This document shows, piece by piece, positions 38,566 to 49,356 of a stretch of 64,000 nt of DNA. Origin of the DNA: Fibrobacteria bacterium (GTDB lineage Bacteria; Fibrobacterota; Fibrobacteria; UBA11236; JADFYW01); NCBI GenBank assembly GCA_050294405.1, contig JBNKOC010000004.1:32001-96000 (forward strand). The letters are read 5' to 3'. The notes below the pieces were generated by a model, which saw only the letters and a program-made list of their open reading frames with translations, searched no databases and was not told the origin of the DNA. The position numbers were made by a program, and so were the translations under genes. Every line of letters starts with the position of its first letter. Position 1 is the stretch's first letter.

Positions 38566-39882
38566 TTAATCAGTAGGATAACGTAAAAAGGCCGGGGTTT
38601 CATAATCCACATCCGGGTCATTTTCGCGGTATTTACCTTGAAGAGCGCCATGATGTAATAATGGGTTTTTTTGCGTTTCCGCCTCTTTTTTATTGTTGTT
38701 GTTATTTTCCTGAGGAAAGGGCATTTCCTTGGAAGTATCCTCTTTTGGAATATCCAATGCGAAATCATCTGATTTTTTGTCAGAAAGAAAATCAAATGGC
38801 TCGTTGTCCGAAGGAGGAAGAGGTTTTTCAATCCTTTGAATTGTTTTTGTTTCAATGCGTGAAACCGGTTCTCCAAAAGACTGTGCCGGATTGGAGAATG
38901 CAGGTCTGGATAATTTTTCCTGACCGAAGCCCGTAGCAATTACGGTGATAGTTAACTCATCGTTTGCGTTGGGGTTAATTACCGTTCCGAATATAATGTT
39001 AGCATTGTTTTCGTTGCCAACAGCTTCGTAAATAAAATTCATGGCATCATTAATTTCCATCATGCTCATGTCTTCGCCGCCGGAAATGTTAACTAAAACA
39101 CCAGTGGCACCGGAAATCGATACTTCTTCCAGCAATGGGGAATGAATAGCCTTATCCGCCGCATCCACAGCTCTGTTTTCACCAACTCCAGTGCCAGATC
39201 CCATTAAGGCATCGCCACCTTGGCTCATAATAGCCTTAACATCGGCAAAATCCACCTGAATATCTCCGTGTTTTAGAATAATATCGGAAATTCCACGTGT
39301 GGCTGATGTTAAAACTTCATCGGCAAGTTTAAAGGCTTCGCGAAAAGTTGTAGTTCTTTCAATGATGCTGAGGAGTTTTTGATTTGGAATTACAATTATA
39401 GTATCCACCACTTTGCGCAGGGCGTCCAAACCTGTTCTGCAATTTCTATCTCTAACAGGACCTTCAAATGTAAAGGGTTTGGTTACCACGCCAACGGTGA
39501 GTATGCCCATCTCCCTCGCAATTTCAGCCACAACAGGCGCTGCGCCAGTACCGGTTCCGCCACCCATTCCGGCTGTGATAAATACCATATCACATCCTTC
39601 TAAATGGGATCGAACTTTTTCCCTATCCTCTTCCATGGCTTCCATACCGATTCTGGGGTTGGCTCCTGCCCCCAGGCCACCAGTTATTTTTTCCCCAATT
39701 TGAATACGCACATGTGCCATATTATTATCAAGCGCCATGGCATCGGTATTGATGGAAACAAACTCTACCCCTTCAAAACCTGATTGAACCATCCGGTTCA
39801 CAGCATTGCCTCCGGCGCCGCCCACACCGATTACCTTCATTTTGGCAACGGTATTAAATGTATCATCTATGGCAAATTGCAT
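38566..39882 (-). CDS. ftsZ: Cell division protein FtsZ
   Basis: GGGTGTG tubulin motif; VDFADV; C-terminal peptide DYETPAFLR. Confidence 0.99.
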   Translation of the reverse strand: MQFAIDDTFNTVAKMKVIGVGGAGGNAVNRMVQSGFEGVEFVSINTDAMALDNNMAHVRIQIGEKITGGLGAGANPRIGMEAMEEDREKVRSHLEGCDMVFITAGMGGGTGTGAAPVVAEIAREMGILTVGVVTKPFTFEGPVRDRNCRTGLDALRKVVDTIIVIPNQKLLSIIERTTTFREAFKLADEVLTSATRGISDIILKHGDIQVDFADVKAIMSQGGDALMGSGTGVGENRAVDAADKAIHSPLLEEVSISGATGVLVNISGGEDMSMMEINDAMNFIYEAVGNENNANIIFGTVINPNANDELTITVIATGFGQEKLSRPAFSNPAQSFGEPVSRIETKTIQRIEKPLPPSDNEPFDFLSDKKSDDFALDIPKEDTSKEMPFPQENNNNNKKEAETQKNPLLHHGALQGKYRENDPDVDYETPAFLRYPTD

Positions 39883-39974
39883 AAACTCCTCCTGTTACTG
39901 ATAAACTAAACATATTCTCAACCTGATGTTAATATTTTTTCACTTTTTTTAATTTTTTTTATTGAATTAAATTT

Positions 39975-41213
39975 CTATACATACTGTTTCACCCAATTGG
40001 ACATTTTCCGGATAATCTCCTTAAACTTGTCTGGTCCTTCTTTATAGGCTTTGGGGGCTTGAGTTACATCTTTTTCCCTTAAGCTGCCATATTGAATAAG
40101 TCCAACACCGGTGGCATGTATGGGAGTGGAAGCGCAATCGACCAACCCGCCAAAGAATTTGGGAACACCAATTTTTACTGGCATATCAAAAACCTGTTCA
40201 GCCAATTCCGCTGCACCATGCATTAAGCTTCCTCCTCCAGTAAGCACAATACCTGCGCCCAGAGTATCGATAAGGTTATTCTTTTTCAACTCCCTTAATA
40301 CCATGGAAAAAATCTCGTGCATTCGAGGCTCAATGATAGAGGCCAACACGGCCCTGGACACTTCCCTCTGCTCACGTCCACCTACTCCAGGCACCACGAT
40401 GTATTCCGATTTGCCAAAGCCATTGCGAAGGCAAGTGCCGTAGCTTTTTTTAATTTCTTCAGCCCTCTCCAATGGAGTGCGAATTCCTATTGCCACATCA
40501 CTGGTAACATTTTTGCCCCCCAGACCGATGGAGGCGGTATGGCGAATACTATCCTCAATAAAAACAGCCAAATCTGTGGTTCCTCCGCCCATGTCCACAA
40601 CAGCTACACCCAATTCCTTTTCGTCGTCTTCCAAGGTGGAATAGGCTGAAGCCAGGGGTTCCAAAACAATATCGGCCACTTTTAACCCCGCTTTTTCCAC
40701 GCTTTTATAAATATTCTGGGCAGATGTAACGGCCCCGGTAACAATATGCACATCGGCTTCCAATCTCACCGCAGACATTCCCACAGGATCTTTAATCCCC
40801 GCTTGGTCGTCCACGATAAATTCCTGGGGAATTACGTGTAACATTTCCCGGTCCATAGGAATAGCAACGGCTCTTGCCGCTTCAATGACTCTCGCCACGT
40901 CCTGTTCGGTAATTTCATTATCTGTTCGGTATACCGCAATTACCCCTCGGGAGTTTATGGAGCGTATGTGATCCCCGGCAATGCCAACATAAACTTCATC
41001 CACATCCACACCGGCCATTAGTTGCGCCTCATCTATGGCTCGCCGAATGGAACGGACGGTTTTATCAATATTAACCACCACTCCTTTTCGCAGCCCTTCA
41101 CTTGGACTTGTGCCTACGCCCAATATTTTCAATTGACCGTTTTCATCATTTTCCCCTATCAAAACACCAATCTTGGTGGTTCCTATGTCCAGCCCCATTA
41201 CCGGTCTGCTCAT
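39975..41213 (-). CDS. ftsA: Cell division protein FtsA
   Basis: GLDIGTTK, DMGGGTTD, VLTGGG; C-terminal amphipathic helix. Confidence 0.98.
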   Translation of the reverse strand: MSRPVMGLDIGTTKIGVLIGENDENGQLKILGVGTSPSEGLRKGVVVNIDKTVRSIRRAIDEAQLMAGVDVDEVYVGIAGDHIRSINSRGVIAVYRTDNEITEQDVARVIEAARAVAIPMDREMLHVIPQEFIVDDQAGIKDPVGMSAVRLEADVHIVTGAVTSAQNIYKSVEKAGLKVADIVLEPLASAYSTLEDDEKELGVAVVDMGGGTTDLAVFIEDSIRHTASIGLGGKNVTSDVAIGIRTPLERAEEIKKSYGTCLRNGFGKSEYIVVPGVGGREQREVSRAVLASIIEPRMHEIFSMVLRELKKNNLIDTLGAGIVLTGGGSLMHGAAELAEQVFDMPVKIGVPKFFGGLVDCASTPIHATGVGLIQYGSLREKDVTQAPKAYKEGPDKFKEIIRKMSNWVKQYV

Positions 41214-41227
41214 ACCATTCCTCCTTA

Positions 41228-42073
41228 TTAACTAACGTATGCAAATGATTCCACCCTTAAATCGATGGTGTGGTCATTTGAAAAATCATCCTTATATTGA
41301 GTCAGCAAACTTTGCCACATCACTAATGTTTTCTTTGCTTCTATTTCCATTGAAACTAAAAAGCGGTAGTTGTTTTCGCGACTATAAAATGCAAGTTCTC
41401 GCGAATTTATGGTTTTAACCTGTGAAATTGTATTAAAAATATGGGGAAACTCCTGTTTACATATCATTAACAACTGGGAAATCCCCTTTAACTCTGCCAC
41501 ATCCAGGCTGTCTTTAACCTCCAAAATGGGCAAATCAAAGTTTCTGATATTCACATTTGGCAATAATTCGCCAGTTTCACTTAACCCATTCCAGTCTTTT
41601 TCCTGGTTATTGGACATGTTATAAACAAGGGCTATGGGCTCATGTTCATTTATAACCACTTTTAGTTTGCTGGGTATCTGTCGCCTTAGTTTTACGCTTT
41701 TAATCCAGGGATTCTCCAATAGTCGTTTTTCCAAGTCAGATTTTTTAAAATCCCACATTTTCAATCCCATTTCCAAATCAAGCATATCAATTATTTCTTC
41801 ATTGGAAAATTGGCTGCTGCCTTCACAAAGCACATCTTTTAGCACCAGGACATCATTTGTCTTATAATATTTGTAACTTCCGGCCAAAGCCATAACAAGA
41901 GTTCCGGCCACCAATAATAACATGGCAATATATTTAATACCCACAACGCTGTTTTTAGCCACCTTTTTGGCCAATTGTTTACGGCGCTTTTGCCTATTTG
42001 GCCCCTGGCGTTTCAATTTTATTTTTTTTGTAGAGGAGCCCCGGTATCCCTGGCGGCTGGAATAATCACGCAT
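41228..42073 (-). CDS. ftsQ: Cell division protein FtsQ/DivIB
   Basis: Basic N-terminus, single TM, POTRA domain (PWIKSV.LRRQIP..L.V.I.E), C-terminal IDLR; position in cluster. Confidence 0.9.
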   Translation of the reverse strand: MRDYSSRQGYRGSSTKKIKLKRQGPNRQKRRKQLAKKVAKNSVVGIKYIAMLLLVAGTLVMALAGSYKYYKTNDVLVLKDVLCEGSSQFSNEEIIDMLDLEMGLKMWDFKKSDLEKRLLENPWIKSVKLRRQIPSKLKVVINEHEPIALVYNMSNNQEKDWNGLSETGELLPNVNIRNFDLPILEVKDSLDVAELKGISQLLMICKQEFPHIFNTISQVKTINSRELAFYSRENNYRFLVSMEIEAKKTLVMWQSLLTQYKDDFSNDHTIDLRVESFAYVS

Positions 42074-43472
42074 GTTCCACCTCCTCTAAAATTTTTCGGC
42101 CCCATTTCCAAACATCCCCAGCTCCCAGGGTAACAATAATATCTCCTGGTTTCAGATTAAAAACCTGGTTGACAATTTCCTTCTCTGCTTCAAACAATTC
42201 TATTTCAGGAAAGTGATTTTTAAGTTCTCCAACAATCAGTTGAGAGCTAACATTGTCGATATTCTTTTCTCTGGCAGCGTATATGGGGAGCACCGCAATT
42301 TTATCGGCTAAAGCCAGGGATTGAGCAAAATCCTGGTACAAACGCTTTGTTCTGGAATACAAATGAGGCTGGAATATGGCAAACAACTTTCCGGAATTCC
42401 AATTTTTAAGGGCTTCCAGAGTTGCTTTAATCTCGGAAGGATGATGGGCGTAGTCATCAATAATTTTTATTCCATTTTTTTCGCCCACAACTTCCATTCG
42501 GCGGGCTGCTCCATTAAAGCTTTCCAAACCTTTTTTAATATTGGAAAAGGGAATATCAAGCTTTAATGCCACCGAGGCCGCTCCTAAAGCATTTAAAATA
42601 TTGTGGTTGCCGCTTAATTGTAGATTCAACTCACCCAATTTTGAACCATTATAAAAGATTTCAAAACGCGACCCTTCTTTTCCGTGAACCACATTTTGAG
42701 CATAACAATCAAGACTTTTTTCCATTCCATAGCTAACATAGGGCGCCTGTATCCGGGATAATATCTTCTGGACTCCGGGATCGGACCCGCAAACGCAGGC
42801 AAAGCCATAAAAAGGAACACTGTCGATAAAATCCAGGAAACAGTTTTCCAAATGTTCATAAGAGTCATAACATTCCAAATGATCTGCATCGATATTGTTT
42901 ACCAAAGCCACAGTGGGAAACATTTTTAAAAAGGATCTGTCGTATTCATCCGCTTCGGCAATTAGATAGGGAGAATCTCCAGAAATTGCCGAGCTCTGGG
43001 ATTTTTGCTGGACTCCCCCTCCAATAACAGTGGGTTTCTCATCCAGGCCATTCATTATAGAGGCCAACATTAAGGTCGTTGTGGTTTTTCCATGGGTTCC
43101 CGCCACAGCCAGAGAATATTTTTTTTTCATTATTTCGCCCAGTAGTTGAGCTCTTTTAATAATGGCTACTCCCCTGCTTTTTGCAGAAACCAAACTTACA
43201 TTATCCTGGCTTACAGCTGAACTATATACAACAGCATCCCAAACTCCACTGTCTTTCTGTCCCGGCCCAATATTCACCTCGATGCCTTTTGATTTCAAAT
43301 GGAGGGTAGTATTTGATTCCTGTATATCTGAACCAGACACTTCAAAACCGTTTTGATGCAATACTTCAGCCAATGAACTCATGCCTGAGCCACCAATTCC
43401 CACAAAATGGATATTTTTAAATCCTGGAATTGGTTTCATTGCCCGATATATCTCCCTGTTTTTGACATGCAT
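42066..43472 (-). CDS. murC: UDP-N-acetylmuramate--L-alanine ligase
   Basis: GIGGSGMS, GTHGKTTT, EADEYD, DDYAHHP and FQPHLYSRT motifs. Confidence 0.97.
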   Translation of the reverse strand: MHVKNREIYRAMKPIPGFKNIHFVGIGGSGMSSLAEVLHQNGFEVSGSDIQESNTTLHLKSKGIEVNIGPGQKDSGVWDAVVYSSAVSQDNVSLVSAKSRGVAIIKRAQLLGEIMKKKYSLAVAGTHGKTTTTLMLASIMNGLDEKPTVIGGGVQQKSQSSAISGDSPYLIAEADEYDRSFLKMFPTVALVNNIDADHLECYDSYEHLENCFLDFIDSVPFYGFACVCGSDPGVQKILSRIQAPYVSYGMEKSLDCYAQNVVHGKEGSRFEIFYNGSKLGELNLQLSGNHNILNALGAASVALKLDIPFSNIKKGLESFNGAARRMEVVGEKNGIKIIDDYAHHPSEIKATLEALKNWNSGKLFAIFQPHLYSRTKRLYQDFAQSLALADKIAVLPIYAAREKNIDNVSSQLIVGELKNHFPEIELFEAEKEIVNQVFNLKPGDIIVTLGAGDVWKWGRKILEEVEHA

Positions 43473-43475
43473 GGC

Positions 43476-44654
43476 CTAGGCCCTAATCCTTTGTTTAGCC
43501 CAAGCCTGGTGCACAGTTCGTTTTGTCACTTCTTTTTGTTTTACTTCATCTTTTCCCGGATGCATGGAAATATTTAAGACCACTCCGCAAAAAAACATCA
43601 TGGTAACAAGAGCCGTTCCGCCATAGGAAACAAAAGGCAATGGTTGGCCAGTGGTTGGAAAAAAGGCGGCGCATACACCAACATGCATTAACACGGTAAT
43701 GGAAATAGATACAATTATTCCCAAAGAAGCCAGACTGCCAAATCTATCAGCACAGCGATAGGATATTTTCAAACCTCGCCAAACCAAAACCCCAAACACC
43801 ATTAAACAAAGACCTGAACCTATAAAACCAAGCTCTTCCCCTAAAATGGCAAATATTGTATCGGTAAAAGGCATAGGAGGATAACCCAATTTTTGGGTGC
43901 TAGTTCCCAAACCCGTTCCTGTTAACCCTCCATTGCCAAGACTGATTAGGGATTGTAAAGACTGATAGGAACTGGCTGTATTTTCACCGGGATTTACAAA
44001 TGCCATAACCCTTTGCATGCGATAGGGGCTGCTCACCATTAAAAACCCCAAGAAAGGAATTCCTAGGGATCCCAAGGCTAACATATGAGATAATTTTGCG
44101 CCGCCGGCAAACACCATCGTTATTGCCGCCAATAAAATAATCAAGGCAGAACTGTAGTCTGGTTGCAAAACTACAAGGGCAAATAAAAGCCCCACTACGA
44201 CTAGAGATGCCAACAAGCCTTTTTTGAATTCATGCATAAATTCAAATTTGTCTTCCAAAAATTTTGCCAGGAAAAAAACAGAAGCAATTTTAGCAAGTTC
44301 GGAAGGTTGCAAACCAAAGCTCGCAATACTAATCCAGCGTTTAGCTCCATTTACTCCTGAAATAGAGGATGAGGTAATCAAAAAAATCAGTAAACCCAAG
44401 ACAAGAACCGTAAGGGGCAGCGCCAGTTTTTTCCATATATGGTAGTCCACAGCAAACCCAATTCCAAACAAAACCAAAGCTATAACCACTTTTTTTAAGT
44501 GGCTAAACAAAAAGAATGTGTCTGGTAAGTTTCGGGTTAAAGCATAAGCCCCGGATGAGCTGTAGATAATAACTATGCCTAAGCCCAGTAAGAAAAAAAC
44601 GCTCATTAGAAAAAAGCCGTCGAAGTGCAAATGTTGCTTGATATTATTTTTCAT
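43476..44654 (-). CDS. ftsW: SEDS peptidoglycan polymerase FtsW
   Basis: GAKRWI, QPSELAK, QPD, TD.IFAILGEELG and LPFVSYGG motifs. Confidence 0.95.
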   Translation of the reverse strand: MKNNIKQHLHFDGFFLMSVFFLLGLGIVIIYSSSGAYALTRNLPDTFFLFSHLKKVVIALVLFGIGFAVDYHIWKKLALPLTVLVLGLLIFLITSSSISGVNGAKRWISIASFGLQPSELAKIASVFFLAKFLEDKFEFMHEFKKGLLASLVVVGLLFALVVLQPDYSSALIILLAAITMVFAGGAKLSHMLALGSLGIPFLGFLMVSSPYRMQRVMAFVNPGENTASSYQSLQSLISLGNGGLTGTGLGTSTQKLGYPPMPFTDTIFAILGEELGFIGSGLCLMVFGVLVWRGLKISYRCADRFGSLASLGIIVSISITVLMHVGVCAAFFPTTGQPLPFVSYGGTALVTMMFFCGVVLNISMHPGKDEVKQKEVTKRTVHQAWAKQRIRA

Positions 44655-46039
44655 ACTTTCGTCGCTTCTCTTTTAAGGGCTTCCACCACTCTTTCCAATT
44701 TCAGAAATCTTGAACCCTTAATTAACACCGCGTCATTTGCTTGAACAAGATTTCCCAATTGAAGGAGCAACGCATCCACATTTTCAAAATGATGTCCTTT
44801 TTCTTGGGAAAATCCGTTTTCAATAGCCCCACTCAGATAATTTTTAGACAACTCACCAACACATATTAAGTTGGACAATTTAAGAGAGGGAATTTTTTCA
44901 CCTATTTCCTTATGGTATTGCCCAGCCTTTTCACCCAATTCAGCCATGTCTCCAATAATGGCAATTTTTCTTTCGTCTAATTTGGCTTCATGTAAAGATT
45001 TTAAAGCCGCCCACATAGAATTAGGGTTTGCGTTATAACAATCATCAAAAATGGTGAGTTCTGAAACTTTAGTAATTTGCATTCTATGGCTGGATGGAAT
45101 GTAATTAGCTAATACTTCGGCGCATTCTTTAATTGAAACTCCCATTTCCCGGGCCGCAGCCGTGGCAAGCATAGCATTATATACATTGTGATAGCCTGGA
45201 ACAGACAAATGTATTTTTTCTCCCTCTAAGTAAAAAGATGCCCGCCCCAAAGAATCCAATTCAATTTGGCTGGCTTTTAAGTCTCCGTTAGAAACACCTA
45301 CTTTATAAACTCGATGCTCAGAGTTACTCTCCAATTTGTTTAAATAAGGATCATCCCCATTTACAATGAGTTTCCCGCCTGGCTGAAGGCCTTCAGCAAT
45401 AGATGTTTTTTCTGCAAATACCCCGTCCAGGTCTTTTAAAAATTCAACATGGCTATATCCAATATTTGTAATTAATGCCACGGTGGGATTTACCACTTGA
45501 GTAAGTGTGGAAATCTCCCCCGGATGATTGGTACCCATTTCAATAACAGCGCATTGATGTTGAGTGTTCAAACCAAATAAAGTGCTAGGAACACCTATGT
45601 GGTTATTTAAATTTCCCTTGGTATATAAGGTTTCAAATTTACTTGCTAAGATTTGAGCAAGCATGTCCTTTGTTGTTGTTTTCCCGTTTGAACCAGTAAT
45701 TGCAAACTTGGGTATATTAAACTTTGCAGCATAGGATTTGCCTAAATCAAGTAAAGCCTGATAGCTATTTTCCAGAGCGATAAAAGCACCGCTATCGGGA
45801 GAAGCGGACTTAAACCAGCTATTTTCTACAACGGCTCCATAACATCCATTTTTAACAGCCTCTTTTACAAAACTATGCCCATCAAAAAATTCACCTTTTA
45901 AAGCCCAAAAAGTCTCAGCTTCTATGAGGCTTCTCGAATCGGTATTTAAATAAACATCACGATTATCAATTGAAGCCTTGCCTCGTATTTGTAAATCGGC
46001 ATTTAAAACATTTGAAATTTCCCGGAAGCTCATATTCAT
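44651..46039 (-). CDS. murF: UDP-MurNAc-tripeptide--D-Ala-D-Ala ligase
   Basis: ITGSNGKTTTK, NNHIGVP, EMGTNH, DDCYNANP and KGSR motifs; ATG 46039 overlaps the murE stop (ATGA). Confidence 0.96.
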   Translation of the reverse strand: MNMSFREISNVLNADLQIRGKASIDNRDVYLNTDSRSLIEAETFWALKGEFFDGHSFVKEAVKNGCYGAVVENSWFKSASPDSGAFIALENSYQALLDLGKSYAAKFNIPKFAITGSNGKTTTKDMLAQILASKFETLYTKGNLNNHIGVPSTLFGLNTQHQCAVIEMGTNHPGEISTLTQVVNPTVALITNIGYSHVEFLKDLDGVFAEKTSIAEGLQPGGKLIVNGDDPYLNKLESNSEHRVYKVGVSNGDLKASQIELDSLGRASFYLEGEKIHLSVPGYHNVYNAMLATAAAREMGVSIKECAEVLANYIPSSHRMQITKVSELTIFDDCYNANPNSMWAALKSLHEAKLDERKIAIIGDMAELGEKAGQYHKEIGEKIPSLKLSNLICVGELSKNYLSGAIENGFSQEKGHHFENVDALLLQLGNLVQANDAVLIKGSRFLKLERVVEALKREATKV

Positions 46040-47508
46040 GCCATTTCTCCTGAATTTGAGCTTATCCAATTTTGAATAACATGAGAATCGCTGAAAAATA
46101 TTTTTTCTTTTCCCAGAATTTGATAGTCTTCGTGCCCTTTGCCTGCCACTATTACACAATCTTCTCCATTTAACTTTTGCAACATGGCAATAATGGCCTT
46201 TTCCCTATCTAATTCCACATTGACATTTTTTGGATCCTGAATTCCCTTTAATATATCGCTAAGAATTTCCTTTGGATTTTCCGTGCGTGGGTTATCATTA
46301 GTAATACAAACTTCATCAGCGATTTCTTCAGCAACTTTTGCCATCAAAGGCCTTTTGGTTTTATCCCTATCTCCTCCGCAACCAAAAACGCATAACAACT
46401 TGCCTTTAACCAAAGGTCGAAAACTTTTTAACACTCGTTCCAACGCATCGGGAGTATGTGCGTAATCTACAACAGCAATTCCCCCATTTTTTAAGTTAAA
46501 AACCTGATTTCTTCCCGGTACAAAAACACTTTCAATTCCCTTTTGAATTTGAGACTCTGAATAATCCAGGGAAAAGCCCATTGCAATTGTGGCCAATAGA
46601 TTTTCCACATTGATTTGCCCCAACAGTTGGGAATAAAATTGGTAACTCTTTCCCTCAAAATCAATTTGAAGTTGGGTGCCTTCCATTGTTAATCGACTCG
46701 AACTAAGCTCAACAGTTGGAAAGCAAAGTTTCTTAACCTTTTCAGCCGTAAAACCAATAACATTTGACTTTAATGAGTCTGCCAAACGAAGGCCATATTC
46801 GGAAGTCATGTTAATTAAAGCTAAGCCATCAGCTTTTAAATATTTTGTAAACAAAAGGGATTTTGCATTAAAATAATTTTCAAAATTCTGGTGATAATCC
46901 AAATGGTCCTGCGTTAAGTTTGTAAATATGGCCCTATCGAATTCCAATTCAGAAAGCCTGCCTTGATCTAACGCATGTGAAGAGGCTTCCATTACCAGAT
47001 GGCTACAGCCTTTCTCTCTTCCCATTTTCAAGTAACCCATCAAGTCCACAGCATCGGGAGTGGTGAGTTCGGCAGGCAATACATCAGTTCCAATTCTGTT
47101 CTCTATAGTCCCTAACAATACGGTTTTATTTCCATTTTTATTTAAAAGGGAAGAAACCAAATGGGATATAGTGGATTTGCCATTGGTTCCGGTGACCCCC
47201 ACAGAAAAATAGGAACGGCCCGGAAAGCCAAAATAGCGATTAAGAAGCTTGTTTGAGTTTTTCTTTAATTCAGGAATATGAATAACATTTGGGTATTGGG
47301 TAAATTCTGGACTATCGCATAAGATTGCTGAAGCTTCTCTTTGAATGGCTTCTTTCAGGTATTGCTCCGCTAAAGGAGAATTTCCAGCCATAGCCAAATA
47401 CAGGTTGTTTTTATGGACCTTTTTGGAATGTGTAGCAACCCCTTCAAAAGCGGAATTTTTTTCTTCCGGCAAATCCACTGGGATGTCTTGCAAAAATTCT
47501 TTTAACAT
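46036..47508 (-). CDS. murE: UDP-MurNAc-dipeptide--meso-DAP ligase
   Basis: VTGTNGKST, TTPD, MEASSH, DHLDYH, DYAHTPD, DNPR (DAP-type) and GKGHE motifs. Confidence 0.96.
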   Translation of the reverse strand: MLKEFLQDIPVDLPEEKNSAFEGVATHSKKVHKNNLYLAMAGNSPLAEQYLKEAIQREASAILCDSPEFTQYPNVIHIPELKKNSNKLLNRYFGFPGRSYFSVGVTGTNGKSTISHLVSSLLNKNGNKTVLLGTIENRIGTDVLPAELTTPDAVDLMGYLKMGREKGCSHLVMEASSHALDQGRLSELEFDRAIFTNLTQDHLDYHQNFENYFNAKSLLFTKYLKADGLALINMTSEYGLRLADSLKSNVIGFTAEKVKKLCFPTVELSSSRLTMEGTQLQIDFEGKSYQFYSQLLGQINVENLLATIAMGFSLDYSESQIQKGIESVFVPGRNQVFNLKNGGIAVVDYAHTPDALERVLKSFRPLVKGKLLCVFGCGGDRDKTKRPLMAKVAEEIADEVCITNDNPRTENPKEILSDILKGIQDPKNVNVELDREKAIIAMLQKLNGEDCVIVAGKGHEDYQILGKEKIFFSDSHVIQNWISSNSGEMA

Positions 47509-49355
47509 CAACTTGACTGCCCCAGTTTTAAAGTGCATTTAATGCCCCGGCTCACTTTTGAATTTGGCGCAGGGGACTGGGTAACAACATTTCCAATTCC
47601 AGAATAGTTCACTTCTACTTCAAAATCTTTAAGGCGGATAATAGCATCCCGCAAAGAAAGATTTCTCAAATCAGGCATGGACTGGGTTTGGAAATCTTCC
47701 AATTCGTGCTTAGCAGGACTTACTTTTCGCTGGTTTAATAATTGTCCTTCTTCTTCTCCATTTCCTCCAAAGGACGCCATATGTATGGAAACTTTCTTTT
47801 CATTTTTAGCATGCTTGTTATCCCTACTATCAATAGTGGTGGGTTTTTCCACAATCAAATCGGAACTTGGAGTAGAAACCAGCCTGTCCATAATTTCTTT
47901 AAATACCGGACCCGCAGAACTTCCTCCGTATTTGTCCAATTGAGGATCATCCATTAATACCAAACAAACATATTTTGGGTTTTCCACAGGAACCATTCCC
48001 ACAAAAGAAGAATGGAAGTGGCCTTTCATATAAGTTCCTGTTTTTGGATCTATTTTTTCAGCGGTTCCAGTTTTCCCGGCTATGGAATACCTTTCAGATT
48101 TCAGGTTTTTAGCAGTCCCAAATTCCACTACAGCTGTCATTATTTCCTTTAGTTTTTCTGTAGTCTCCGGAGAAACGACGCGGCGCACTTTTTTAGATGG
48201 AATTTCTTTAATTACGTTTCCCTTCTCATCCTTAATTTCTTTTATTAATCTGGGCTTCATTAACATACCCCCATTGGCAACAGCAGCGACCGCCATGGTT
48301 ACTTGTAGAGGAGTGGCATTTATTTCCTGGCCCCAGGCTAGGGTAATTTGAGTCCTGCTGCTCCATTCATCCACAGGTCTTAAGGTTCCGCCTTCTTCGG
48401 CGGGAAGCTCAATTCCAGTTTTCATGCCGAATCCAAATGAGCGAATGTATTTGTAATGGACCGAAGGTTTTAGCATTAATGCCGACTTAGCCATAGCTAT
48501 GTTACTGGAATACGCCATTGCCTCTTTAAAGCTGAATTTTTCATGGGGCTTTGTGTCGTGAACCAAGGCTCCGTTATATTGCCACCTGCCTTTTTCCCCG
48601 TAAAATATATCCGAGGGATTTACTTTTCCCTCTTCAAAAACGGCTGCCGATGTAATGATTTTAAAGGTGGAGCCTGGTTCATAAAGTTTGGAAATGGCCA
48701 TGTTTTTCCAGCCTTTTAAATCCGCTTTGGTTCTTCTGTTAGGATTGTAAAAAGGGTAGTTCGCCATGGACAACACATCCCCAGTAAAAGGATCCACTAC
48801 GATGGCAACTCCCCTTTGGGACTTTGTTCTTTCCACTCCTCTTTCCAAAGCCTGTTCGGTGATTTTTTGAATATCCACATCAATGGTTGTCACAAGGCTT
48901 TGACCATTCATAGATTCCTTGCTTTGCTCATCCACGCCAGGGTAATAGTGACGTTTAACATCATAACGGGCGTATTTCCAGCCATCCACTCCCCGCAAAA
49001 CTTTATCCTGATCGTACTCCAAACCCATTTGTCCGTAGCCGTCTTTGCTGATGTTTCCCAAAACCTGGCCGGCAAGTTTGCCGTAGGGAGCTACCCGGTT
49101 AAGTTCCCTTTGTTTTTCTTTTTTGCCATCGGAAAAACTCAACTCCACTTGCGCATTTTGAACCAACACCCGGCCCTTTCTATCAAATATTTCGCCCCGT
49201 TCCGGTGCGATAATGGTGCGCCTCATAGATTGGCGTTCGGCCATGTTAGTGTAATAGCTGTTTTTAATGAGCTGTACATGCATCACTTTAGCCATCATTC
49301 CAATCCAAGCCAGGATCAGAAATGCGCCTATGGTTATGATGCGTTTATTGTACAT
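47508..49355 (-). CDS. ftsI: Class B penicillin-binding protein FtsI with C-terminal PASTA domain
   Basis: STFK, SSN and KTG catalytic motifs; MPDLRNLSLRDA...QSP PASTA domain. Confidence 0.93.
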   Translation of the reverse strand: MYNKRIITIGAFLILAWIGMMAKVMHVQLIKNSYYTNMAERQSMRRTIIAPERGEIFDRKGRVLVQNAQVELSFSDGKKEKQRELNRVAPYGKLAGQVLGNISKDGYGQMGLEYDQDKVLRGVDGWKYARYDVKRHYYPGVDEQSKESMNGQSLVTTIDVDIQKITEQALERGVERTKSQRGVAIVVDPFTGDVLSMANYPFYNPNRRTKADLKGWKNMAISKLYEPGSTFKIITSAAVFEEGKVNPSDIFYGEKGRWQYNGALVHDTKPHEKFSFKEAMAYSSNIAMAKSALMLKPSVHYKYIRSFGFGMKTGIELPAEEGGTLRPVDEWSSRTQITLAWGQEINATPLQVTMAVAAVANGGMLMKPRLIKEIKDEKGNVIKEIPSKKVRRVVSPETTEKLKEIMTAVVEFGTAKNLKSERYSIAGKTGTAEKIDPKTGTYMKGHFHSSFVGMVPVENPKYVCLVLMDDPQLDKYGGSSAGPVFKEIMDRLVSTPSSDLIVEKPTTIDSRDNKHAKNEKKVSIHMASFGGNGEEEGQLLNQRKVSPAKHELEDFQTQSMPDLRNLSLRDAIIRLKDFEVEVNYSGIGNVVTQSPAPNSKVSRGIKCTLKLGQSS

Positions 49356-49356
49356 A

